A DNA stretch of 32,000 nucleotides, from NCBI GenBank assembly GCA_963675515.1, contig OY776328.1, positions 270,001 through 302,000 of the forward strand, given 5' to 3'. The notes under the pieces are model-generated. The model was given only the letters and a program-made list of their open reading frames with translations, was not told where the DNA came from and searched no databases. This document shows positions 8,872 to 20,137 of the stretch, piece by piece (within the stretch, counting starts at the first letter, position 1; the number at the start of each line of letters is the position of its first letter). Origin of the DNA: Coprobacillaceae bacterium (lineage in GTDB: Bacteria; Bacillota_I; Bacilli_A; Erysipelotrichales; Coprobacillaceae). The position numbers and the translations under genes were made by a program.

Positions 8872-9232
8872 ACTGAGTGAAAAGAAGTTGTTCCTTAAAT
8901 CACTCCAATTGTTCTCTTATGGAGTGGTTCTGGTTTTTGCCATTGGCATCTGGTTGAATGATTTCAGTTATCTAACTGGATTGATTCTAGGCTATGGTAT
9001 CTGTTTGATAAATTTCCGTTTTCACATCATGGTCATCGACGCCCTTTTTGGAACGATGACAAAATGGTCGATGGTACTGGTAATAGGTTCGAGGGTGATT
9101 CAGATGGCAATATATGCAGCTGGATTGCTTATGGCGATATTCATACCGCAGTGGTTCAACCTGATTACCGTAACCATTGGCTACATGCTGATAAAAGCGG
9201 GTATTTATAGATTGAGTTTTCAAAGAAAGTAG
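8861..9232 (+). CDS. atpI: ATP synthase protein I
   Basis: 123-aa polytopic small membrane protein at the canonical position before atpB. Assignment rests on hydrophobic profile and position. Confidence 0.7.
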   Translation: MENRLSEKKLFLKSLQLFSYGVVLVFAIGIWLNDFSYLTGLILGYGICLINFRFHIMVIDALFGTMTKWSMVLVIGSRVIQMAIYAAGLLMAIFIPQWFNLITVTIGYMLIKAGIYRLSFQRK

Positions 9233-9240
9233 GTGGAGTA

Positions 9241-9912
9241 GTGAACGGAAATCTGGTTATTACAATTCAGCCTGAGTTGATTTTTTCCCTGATTATCATG
9301 ACCGCGATCGTTGTATTTTCGATTGTGGCAGGCAAGAAAATTGCCGCGGCCGATCCGACCCAGCCCCCGAGCGGGATTGTTGTCGTCTGCGAGACTCTGG
9401 TAAATGCATTGTATGGCTTTTTCAAATCAATATTGCCGGCCAATTTCGAACCGTGGGTGTATCCTTATTTTGCGGTTTTGGCAATATACATTCTGATTTC
9501 CAACTTAAGTGGCTTGATTGGTTTCGATGCACCGACATCGAATTTCTCGATCACGTTTTCAATGGCCCTTGTGACTTTTGCCATGATTCAATTCACGGCG
9601 TTCAAGAAGAAGGGGGCGTTCAAGTATGTCAAAGAGTTGGTTTGGCCACCCACAAATATTCTCAGTGCAGCGGCACCGTTGATTTCACTTTCAATGCGTT
9701 TGTTCGGGAATATTCTAAGTGGTTCAATCATTATGGCTTTAGTTTACAGTCTGCTGGGGTGGATAAGTAGCGCGATAATCCCATTCAATTTTTTGGGACC
9801 GATTGTTACCCCGGTATTGCATGCGTATTTTGATGTTTTCGCATCATTGATTCAAACATTTATATTTGTGACTTTATCTAGTGTTTATATTGCTTTGGAG
9901 CATGAAGGCTAG
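9241..9912 (+). CDS. atpB: F0F1 ATP synthase subunit a
   Basis: 223 aa with a GTG start after AGGTGGAG. The conserved stator arginine motif is LSMRLFGNILSG. Confidence 0.95.
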   Translation: MNGNLVITIQPELIFSLIIMTAIVVFSIVAGKKIAAADPTQPPSGIVVVCETLVNALYGFFKSILPANFEPWVYPYFAVLAIYILISNLSGLIGFDAPTSNFSITFSMALVTFAMIQFTAFKKKGAFKYVKELVWPPTNILSAAAPLISLSMRLFGNILSGSIIMALVYSLLGWISSAIIPFNFLGPIVTPVLHAYFDVFASLIQTFIFVTLSSVYIALEHEG

Positions 9913-9947
9913 TAAAGATAAAAAAACCAAGTGGAGGAAAAGAAGAT

Positions 9948-10178
9948 ATGACAGATAGAGGTTTAATCGCAATTGCAGCGGCAATCGCAGTATGTGCAGG
10001 TTTAGGAACAGGGATCGGTGAAGGTATCGCGGCGTCACGCGCAGTTGAAGCGGTTGGGCGCAATCCTGAAGCGGAAGACAAAATCCGACTGATGATGATC
10101 GTCGGTTGTGGGATTTCAGAAACTGTTGCCATCTACGGTTTATTGGTATCATTGATCCTGTTGTTCGTATTCAGTTAA
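9948..10178 (+). CDS. atpE: F0F1 ATP synthase subunit c
   Basis: 76-aa hairpin with GLGTGIGEG in helix 1, loop RNPEAE, and the ion-binding carboxylate in ISETVAIYGL of helix 2. Confidence 0.95.
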   Translation: MTDRGLIAIAAAIAVCAGLGTGIGEGIAASRAVEAVGRNPEAEDKIRLMMIVGCGISETVAIYGLLVSLILLFVFS

Positions 10179-10190
10179 TAGGAAGCAATT

Positions 10191-10694
10191 ATGACTATTG
10201 ATATTGCGGGAAAATTATTTCCTAATATCACTACCGTTATCGTTCAGTTATTGTCTACCGGGGTAATGCTTTATTTCTTCAAGAAATATTTATGGGATGC
10301 GGTCCGCAAATACTTCCAGGCGCGGGCTGATTTCATTGAAAACAGCTTGAATGAAGCGCAAGACACAAAAAAGGAAGCGCGGCAGTTCCTGATGATTTCC
10401 GAACAACAGTCTAAACAGGCTGCCAAGGAATATCATGACATTGTCAACCAGGCCAAAGAAGAGGCCAGCAAGGCAAAAGATGATATCATCAAGGAAGCAA
10501 ACGCTCAAGCCAAACAGAAGATTGAACAGGCCAACCAAGCCATCGAGGCTTCTAGAAAAGCTGCCGATGAGCAAATGAGGGCTGAAATTGTCAATGTGGC
10601 TTTGGAAGTCGCTTCCAAGGTTATGGAAAGAAACATGACCACCCCAGACAACAACCGGTTAGTAGAACAATTCGTTGATGAAATGGTTAATTAA
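10191..10694 (+). CDS. atpF: F0F1 ATP synthase subunit b
   Basis: 167 aa. A single N-terminal TM is followed by a long charged helix (KEAR...QAKQKIEQANQAIEASRKAADEQ). Operon position supports the call. Confidence 0.9.
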   Translation: MTIDIAGKLFPNITTVIVQLLSTGVMLYFFKKYLWDAVRKYFQARADFIENSLNEAQDTKKEARQFLMISEQQSKQAAKEYHDIVNQAKEEASKAKDDIIKEANAQAKQKIEQANQAIEASRKAADEQMRAEIVNVALEVASKVMERNMTTPDNNRLVEQFVDEMVN

Positions 10695-11227
10695 TGGATA
10701 CTATAGCTAGCCGATATGGCCAGTCGTTATTCGATTTGGCTATTGAAAAAAATCAAGTGGGAAAATATCTGGAGCAATTGAGCCTGGTATCCGAAGTGTT
10801 TGAATCGGATCCCAAGATTGGCCAGTTTTTTGCCCATGTAATAATCGACGATAGTGATAAGATGGATTTAATAGAAAAGAGTTTCAAGGACAGCTTGGAT
10901 AAGATGGTTCTCAACTTCCTGAAACTTTTGATCAAGAACAGAAGAATGAAATACTTTGGCGAGATTTATCTTGCTTTCAAGGAATTGGCTAATGACTACC
11001 TTGGCATTGATGAGGGGATTGTATATACCCCTTCTACGCTGACAGATAAGCAGTTGACGGATATTGCCGGAGCATTATCCAAATCACAAAACAAAAAAGT
11101 GGTCCTGCGCCAAGTCATCAAACCTAGCTTAATCGGGGGACTTAAAGTAGTGATTAGAAATCGAGTGATCGATGGTTCGGTTCAAAACCGGATCGAAATG
11201 ATGAGAAAAGAACTATTAAGAAAGTAG
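10694..11227 (+). CDS. atpH: F0F1 ATP synthase subunit delta
   Basis: 177 aa with the OSCP-like N-terminus [13 protein letters not shown] and a C-terminal [16 protein letters not shown]. There is a TAATG overlap with atpF. Confidence 0.9.
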   Translation: MDTIASRYGQSLFDLAIEKNQVGKYLEQLSLVSEVFESDPKIGQFFAHVIIDDSDKMDLIEKSFKDSLDKMVLNFLKLLIKNRRMKYFGEIYLAFKELANDYLGIDEGIVYTPSTLTDKQLTDIAGALSKSQNKKVVLRQVIKPSLIGGLKVVIRNRVIDGSVQNRIEMMRKELLRK

Positions 11228-11237
11228 GTGGAAGATA

Positions 11238-13615
<2,378 letters not shown>

Positions 13616-13629
13616 AAAGGAGAAATTAA

Positions 13630-15427
<1,798 letters not shown>

Positions 15428-15429
15428 TG

Positions 15430-15460
15430 AAATTCTCCTGAAAAGGAGAATTTTTCTTTT
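15430..15460 (+). terminator. Intrinsic terminator of the atp operon
   Basis: AAATTCTCCT-GAAA-AGGAGAATTT is a perfect 10-bp stem with a GAAA tetraloop, running into a T-rich tail. Confidence 0.85.
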
Positions 15461-15527
15461 GATGTCATTGTATATCGTTAGAATAATTTGATTATTTATG
15501 ATATAAATAACACATGAGGTGATGAAT

Positions 15528-16490
15528 ATGAATAAAAATAGCGATCAGAAAAAAGTGGTGCTGGTCGGCACCGGTTTCGTCGGGATGTCGATGGCGTACT
15601 CGATGTTGAATACAGGCGGAGTCGATGAGCTTGTCCTGGTTGATTTGAATGAAGACAAGGCAATAGGGGAAGCGATGGATTTGAATCACGGCGCTCCGTA
15701 TACGAAATCTTCAATCAAAATTACTGCGGGAAACTACAGCGACTGCAAGGACGGGGACATTGTGGTCATTACGGCCGGAGCGGCCCAGAAACCTGGACAA
15801 ACCAGGTTGGAGTTGACCCAAATCAATACGAAGATCATGAAAGGTATTGTTGAAAACATCATGGCCAGCGGGTTTGATGGGATTATCATTGTCGCCAGCA
15901 ATCCGGTCGATCTGATGAGTTATGTCGCATACAAGGTATCAGGCTTGCCCTCAAGCCGCGTTATCGGAACGGGGACAATTCTCGATACCGCCCGGTTAAG
16001 GTATCTGATGAGCGACTATCTGGAGATATCACCAAGCAACATCCACGCCTATATCCTGGGTGAACACGGTGACAGCAGTTTTGTGCCATGGATGAACACC
16101 TATGTCGGATGCAAGTCGATGATGGAATATATTACCGAAAGAGGAGAAAACCTCGAGGCACTCAACGAGATCTACCATCAGGTCCAAAGGGCGGCCTATG
16201 AGATAATCGAGCGAAAGCAAGCTACTTACTACGGGATCGGATTGGCGCTAAACCGGCTTGTTCAGGCAATACTGGAAAACGAAAATGCAATCCTGACGAT
16301 ATCCGCGCTTCAAAACGGCGAGTACAATCAGGAAGGATTGTATATCGGTGTTCCGGCAATCATAAATCGCGAAGGAATCAAGGAGATTGTAAAACTGAAG
16401 CTGAACAATATTGATCAGGGGAAATTCAATCATAGCTGTGAAACGCTTGACAAAGTGATCAAGGAACAGATTGATCGGTTGATTGACTGA
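15528..16490 (+). CDS. ldh: L-lactate dehydrogenase
   Basis: NAD-binding motif VVLVGTGFVGMS, GEHGDS and a catalytic-loop region. The ORF opens at GTG 15519, but ATG 15528 lies 6 nt after SD GAGGTG and is the preferred start. Confidence 0.93.
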   Translation: MNKNSDQKKVVLVGTGFVGMSMAYSMLNTGGVDELVLVDLNEDKAIGEAMDLNHGAPYTKSSIKITAGNYSDCKDGDIVVITAGAAQKPGQTRLELTQINTKIMKGIVENIMASGFDGIIIVASNPVDLMSYVAYKVSGLPSSRVIGTGTILDTARLRYLMSDYLEISPSNIHAYILGEHGDSSFVPWMNTYVGCKSMMEYITERGENLEALNEIYHQVQRAAYEIIERKQATYYGIGLALNRLVQAILENENAILTISALQNGEYNQEGLYIGVPAIINREGIKEIVKLKLNNIDQGKFNHSCETLDKVIKEQIDRLID

Positions 16491-16518
16491 TTTCACATTT
16501 TTAGTTTCACATAACTGA

Positions 16519-16547
16519 TTGATAAATATCGAACTGAGTGCTACAAT
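16519..16547 (+). promoter_or_regulatory. Candidate sigma-A promoter for the 63-aa orphan ORF
   Basis: TTGATA-17 nt-TACAAT with TGc immediately upstream of the -10 (extended -10). Confidence 0.55.
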
Positions 16548-16575
16548 AGTAACCAAGTATAAAAAGGGGTAAAAT

Positions 16576-16767
16576 ATGCAGAGCTGTGTATATAAATTGT
16601 TGGGCAACAATGGCTTTTTCAATGATTTAATTTACTGTGACAGCTGCCAGAAAATCAAGGAAAAGTTTTTTGGACAGGGGATCGTGATCAATGATAGCGA
16701 AGCCAAAGAAGTGGCTAGGTATCTTGTTGAACAGATTCTAAAATTGAACATTGACAAGTACCATTAG
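16576..16767 (+). CDS. Hypothetical small protein (63 aa; Cys4, Cys21-x2-Cys24, C-terminal His)
   Basis: It has its own canonical promoter, an SD AAGGGG 7 nt upstream of the ATG, and its own terminator. I recognise no family. Confidence 0.5.
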   Translation: MQSCVYKLLGNNGFFNDLIYCDSCQKIKEKFFGQGIVINDSEAKEVARYLVEQILKLNIDKYH

Positions 16768-16789
16768 GGGCTAGTTGCATTAGAAAGCT

Positions 16790-16823
16790 CATCTATATTC
16801 ATCAGGATATGGATGGGTTTTTT
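16790..16823 (+). terminator. Intrinsic terminator after the 63-aa ORF
   Basis: CATCTATAT (16790-16798) pairs with ATATGGATG (16807-16815) with one G-U pair, followed by GGTTTTTT. Confidence 0.55.
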
Positions 16824-16830
16824 AGTATAC

Positions 16831-16863
16831 AAAAAAGCCCCGAATAACACAGAGTTATTCAGG
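16831..16863 (-). terminator. Intrinsic terminator after the CwlO-like gene
   Basis: The minus strand reads CCTGAATAAC-TCTGT-GTTATTCGGG (10 bp, one G-U), then GC and T6. It is convergent with the plus-strand terminator above. Confidence 0.7.
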
Positions 16864-16885
16864 ACATGATTTATGGAATATGATT

Positions 16886-18118
16886 TTAGTAGATTCGGCG
16901 GACGTTATACCACTCACTTTGCCAATATGTGGTATTTAAATTCGCAATTTGAATAACCGTTCCTGTGTAAGGTGCATGAATCATCTGGTTGTTACCGATA
17001 TAGATTCCGACATGATGAATTCCACTCAATAGACCGTTATTACTGAATAGTATAATATCACCAGGTTGCATATTTGCTTTTGAAACTGCTTGACCCATGG
17101 ATACTAACGAACCGGTATACTGGACACCAATGTTTACACCAGCTTGGTAATAAGACCAGTTGACCAAACCAGAGCAGTCAAATCGAGTTGAATTAAAATT
17201 CGTGACTTCTGCCATTGTATGGCAACCTCCCCAGACATAAGCGAGTCCAAGTTTCAATTTTGCGAGTTGTACGATTCTTTCGTTAACTGGTAGGTTGGCA
17301 ATGTCCCCTATAGCGGCCAGGGCTGAAGCTTTTGCTGCTTCTTCCAATGCCGAAAGGCGGCTTTGTTCGGCTGCCAATGCCAATGCTGCCAAATTGTCAT
17401 CAACTTTTTGTTGAGTCTGGCTGGCTGCAAGCTGCGCCTTTTTAGATGCCAGGATAGCTGCATTTTGTTCCTTGTATAATGCCAGTAATGAAGCTTTCTT
17501 GTTTGTCAGTTCTGTTTTCTGTTGTTCAAGGATTTCCTTGGCAGTGACCAATGTGGCCTGCTGGTCTTCAAATTCAGCTTTTTCATTTGCGAGTTCATCA
17601 ATCAGTTTGTTGTCATAGGCTGTGATCTCATTCATTGAGGCAATCCGTGACAACAGATCGGTAAAATCGCTTGCCGAGAAGATAAAGTCAATCAGGGCCC
17701 GTGAGTTTGAATATGTCTGCATTGTATACATGCGATCTTTCAACTCATCTTCTTTTTTTGCGATGCTCTCTTCGAGATTTTTGATTGAAGTTTCGAGATA
17801 TTCGATCTCGCTTTCCTTTTCAGAAATGTCAGACTCGACTTTTTTGATGTCGCTGGTCAAGGAGTCGATTGAATCCTGTGTCTCTTCAGCGGCAGTCTCG
17901 TTGGCCGCAACCTCATTTTTCAGGTCCGCATTTTTTTCCTTCAGGTAAGCATTGAATTCCTTGCAGACAGCCTCATCGGAATCCGAAAGGCTCCCTGAAG
18001 CGCATATCTCAATGTATTTTTCCTCGTTTTGTTCAAAATCCACCGCTTCAACATTGCTCATTCCAAATACTGGAAAAGCGAGCAGAATCGACAGGGATAA
18101 TATAATTTTCCTTTTCAT
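16886..18118 (-). CDS. Secreted coiled-coil NlpC/P60 (C40) peptidoglycan endopeptidase, CwlO/PcsB-like architecture
   Basis: 410 aa with a signal peptide (ILLAFPVFGMSNVEA). About 230 aa of heptad-rich, Ala/Glu/Lys-rich coiled coil follow. The C-terminal NlpC/P60 domain has YVWGG, catalytic FDCSGLV, HHVGIYIG and MIHAP. Confidence 0.85.
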   Translation of the reverse strand: MKRKIILSLSILLAFPVFGMSNVEAVDFEQNEEKYIEICASGSLSDSDEAVCKEFNAYLKEKNADLKNEVAANETAAEETQDSIDSLTSDIKKVESDISEKESEIEYLETSIKNLEESIAKKEDELKDRMYTMQTYSNSRALIDFIFSASDFTDLLSRIASMNEITAYDNKLIDELANEKAEFEDQQATLVTAKEILEQQKTELTNKKASLLALYKEQNAAILASKKAQLAASQTQQKVDDNLAALALAAEQSRLSALEEAAKASALAAIGDIANLPVNERIVQLAKLKLGLAYVWGGCHTMAEVTNFNSTRFDCSGLVNWSYYQAGVNIGVQYTGSLVSMGQAVSKANMQPGDIILFSNNGLLSGIHHVGIYIGNNQMIHAPYTGTVIQIANLNTTYWQSEWYNVRRIY

Positions 18119-18121
18119 AAT

Positions 18122-18613
18122 TTACCTCGATAATTGATAAGCAAGGCGGGGCTCGTTGTTGTTAAGATGGATGACTCCGCAGTACTTAAAACCATATTTT
18201 TTTAAAAACCGTTGCATTGAAAGATTGTCCTTGTGAGTATCCATCTTGATGCTCGCAGGATTGAAATATTTGATAGCTTCATCCAAGAAGACTTTTGCGA
18301 TTCCCTTGCCTTTTGAAGAGGAATCTACTGCGATCCGATGAACAACAAGATATTCGTCGCTGTTGAGCCACGCACCGTCAATAGTTATGTAGGTCGGATC
18401 GATTGCGATTTCAAGCATGGCTGTTGCGACAATCCGGTTGTCATCTTCCAGGACGAATGCCCGCCCCAGGATGATGTCGTTTCTGATCACATCACTATCA
18501 GGATAGCCGTCCTGCCATTGATTAATGTTCTGTGATTTGAGATAGGACTTGGCATCGTCGATTATTGCCATTACTTGAGGAATGTCCGATTCCCTTGTTT
18601 TTCTTAGTTTCAT
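18122..18613 (-). CDS. GNAT-family N-acetyltransferase
   Basis: 163 aa. Acetyl-CoA motif A is VVHRIAVDSSSKGKGIAKVFLDEA. Only a 3-nt gap separates it from the downstream CwlO-like gene, whose SD (GAGGT) lies in the GNAT 3' end. Confidence 0.85.
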   Translation of the reverse strand: MKLRKTRESDIPQVMAIIDDAKSYLKSQNINQWQDGYPDSDVIRNDIILGRAFVLEDDNRIVATAMLEIAIDPTYITIDGAWLNSDEYLVVHRIAVDSSSKGKGIAKVFLDEAIKYFNPASIKMDTHKDNLSMQRFLKKYGFKYCGVIHLNNNEPRLAYQLSR

Positions 18614-18699
18614 TGTATCACCACAAATATCATAACATAATTATCCGGATTTTATCAAGAGAATTATACCCATTAGTGGTTTAAGTTAAAGGGTGAAAA

Positions 18700-18730
18700 T
18701 AACATGCAATAACGTTATAATCGCATGTTA
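18700..18730. promoter_or_regulatory. Perfect 8-bp inverted repeat (TAACATGC-N15-GCATGTTA) in the long msmK upstream region; possible operator
   Basis: Read directly from the sequence. The 15-nt spacer contains an AACGTT palindrome and a TATAAT hexamer (18716-18721). Confidence 0.3.
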
Positions 18731-18975
18731 AGTAATATGTTTCAAAGACGGCAATGTCTGGGTTTTAGCACGATTTGAACTGCATATTGCACTGGTTATG
18801 GTTGTTGTAATATGATAATCAGACACTTGGATATTGAGTATGATTTTGAGACAAAGCTCCGCGTTCTGACATTCTCTAAATATTTTGACTTGATCTGGTA
18901 ATTTTCAGGTGAGAAACAATTATTTGGTGTGATTTTGTTACAATTTCTTATATAATGGAATAAAGGGGTGGTTGA

Positions 18976-20088
18976 ATGGCACTTATATCTTTGCGTAATA
19001 TCTGTAAAACCTTTTCCAATGGCGAAGGAGTCGAAGCGGTCAGTGATTTGACTTTGGATATCGAACGGGGCGAGTTCATCGTCCTGGTGGGACCCTCGGG
19101 CTGTGGAAAATCAACCACACTTAGAATGATTGCGGGATTGGAAAAAATAACATCGGGGACCCTGGAGATCGATGGCAGGATTGCCAATGAGATCGAACCT
19201 CAAAAACGCAATATCGGGATGGTTTTCCAGAATTACGCCCTTTTCCCCCATATGAGCGTATATCAGAATATCGCCTTTGGTTTGAAACTGCGCAAGCTCG
19301 ACAGGAAGACAAGCAGACAAATCATAATGGATACGGCCAGGATGCTTGATCTTGAAAACCTTCTTGATCGCAAACCCCGGGCTCTTTCGGGTGGCCAGCA
19401 ACAAAGGGTTGCAATGGGACGGGCGATTGTCAGAAATCCGGAAATTCTCCTTATGGATGAGCCGTTATCCAACCTGGATGCCAAACTCCGGCTTCAGATG
19501 CGTTTGGAGATCGCCCGGATCCATCGGGAATTGAAATCAACCATCATCTACGTCACCCATGACCAGGTGGAGGCGATGACTTTGGCAACAAGGGTCGTTG
19601 TGATGAATCAGGGAAAGGTCCAACAGATCGATACGCCACTGAATATTTATGACAAACCGGCTAACTTGTTTGTGGCCGGCTTTATCGGAATGCCAAGAAT
19701 GAATTTCTTTGACGGAACGGTAGTCAAGGAGAAAGATGAAATCAAAATCAGGCCGGAATCAGGGGTGGCATTTGATTGCCTGATGGGAAAAAGGCTTGAA
19801 GAACTGGGCTATCTTGGCAAAAAGATCTGCTGTGGCATCCGGCCGGAAAACATAAGGGAATTCCAAAGCTGCAACCAGAATCCCTTTGACTTCATGGTCG
19901 AATGCCCTGTTGTGGGGCTGGAGACTCTTGGCAGCGACACATATATCCATTTTTCATTTGGCGAATCTGAGATGATCGCCCGCGAAATGTGGCATCGGGA
20001 GATTGAAGTCGATAAGCCTGCCACATTCGTGTTGGATACCAGCCGGCTCCATTTCTTCGACAAGGGTGATGGAAACGCAATCAACTGA
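18976..20088 (+). CDS. msmK: Sugar ABC transporter ATP-binding protein, MalK/MsmK/MsmX/UgpC type, with no adjacent permease or binding-protein genes
   Basis: 370 aa with Walker A GPSGCGKSTTLRMIAGLE, signature LSGGQQQRVAMGRA, Walker B LLMDEPLSNLDAKLR and a C-terminal TOBE-like regulatory domain. Confidence 0.9.
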   Translation: MALISLRNICKTFSNGEGVEAVSDLTLDIERGEFIVLVGPSGCGKSTTLRMIAGLEKITSGTLEIDGRIANEIEPQKRNIGMVFQNYALFPHMSVYQNIAFGLKLRKLDRKTSRQIIMDTARMLDLENLLDRKPRALSGGQQQRVAMGRAIVRNPEILLMDEPLSNLDAKLRLQMRLEIARIHRELKSTIIYVTHDQVEAMTLATRVVVMNQGKVQQIDTPLNIYDKPANLFVAGFIGMPRMNFFDGTVVKEKDEIKIRPESGVAFDCLMGKRLEELGYLGKKICCGIRPENIREFQSCNQNPFDFMVECPVVGLETLGSDTYIHFSFGESEMIAREMWHREIEVDKPATFVLDTSRLHFFDKGDGNAIN

Positions 20089-20137
20089 AGGGACTTGTTT
20101 TTGAATCCACAAATTAAGTTAAAGGGGACAATACCGT

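Noticed and set aside
9223-9237. A 15-nt string AAGAAAGTAGGTGGA occurs identically at the atpI/atpB junction (9223-9237) and the atpH/atpA junction (11218-11232). A shorter AAAGTAGGTG lies at the atpA 3' end (12747-12756).
   Set aside because: It is explained as a reused translational-coupling cassette: a Lys codon, a TAG stop, then SD AGGTGG followed by a GTG or ATG start. The third copy is in-frame coding (KVGA) that also acts as the SD for atpG. It is too short to indicate a repeat element.
16486-16520. TTTCACA-containing repeats after ldh, considered as a Rex (TTGTGAA-N6-TTCACAA) operator. A TTGTGTCTAATTTCAATAA stretch near 27863 upstream of nfnA was considered likewise.
   Set aside because: The ldh-proximal copies are direct, not inverted, repeats, and they lie downstream of ldh. 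The nfnA-proximal sequence matches only the left Rex half-site. Neither fits the palindromic consensus.
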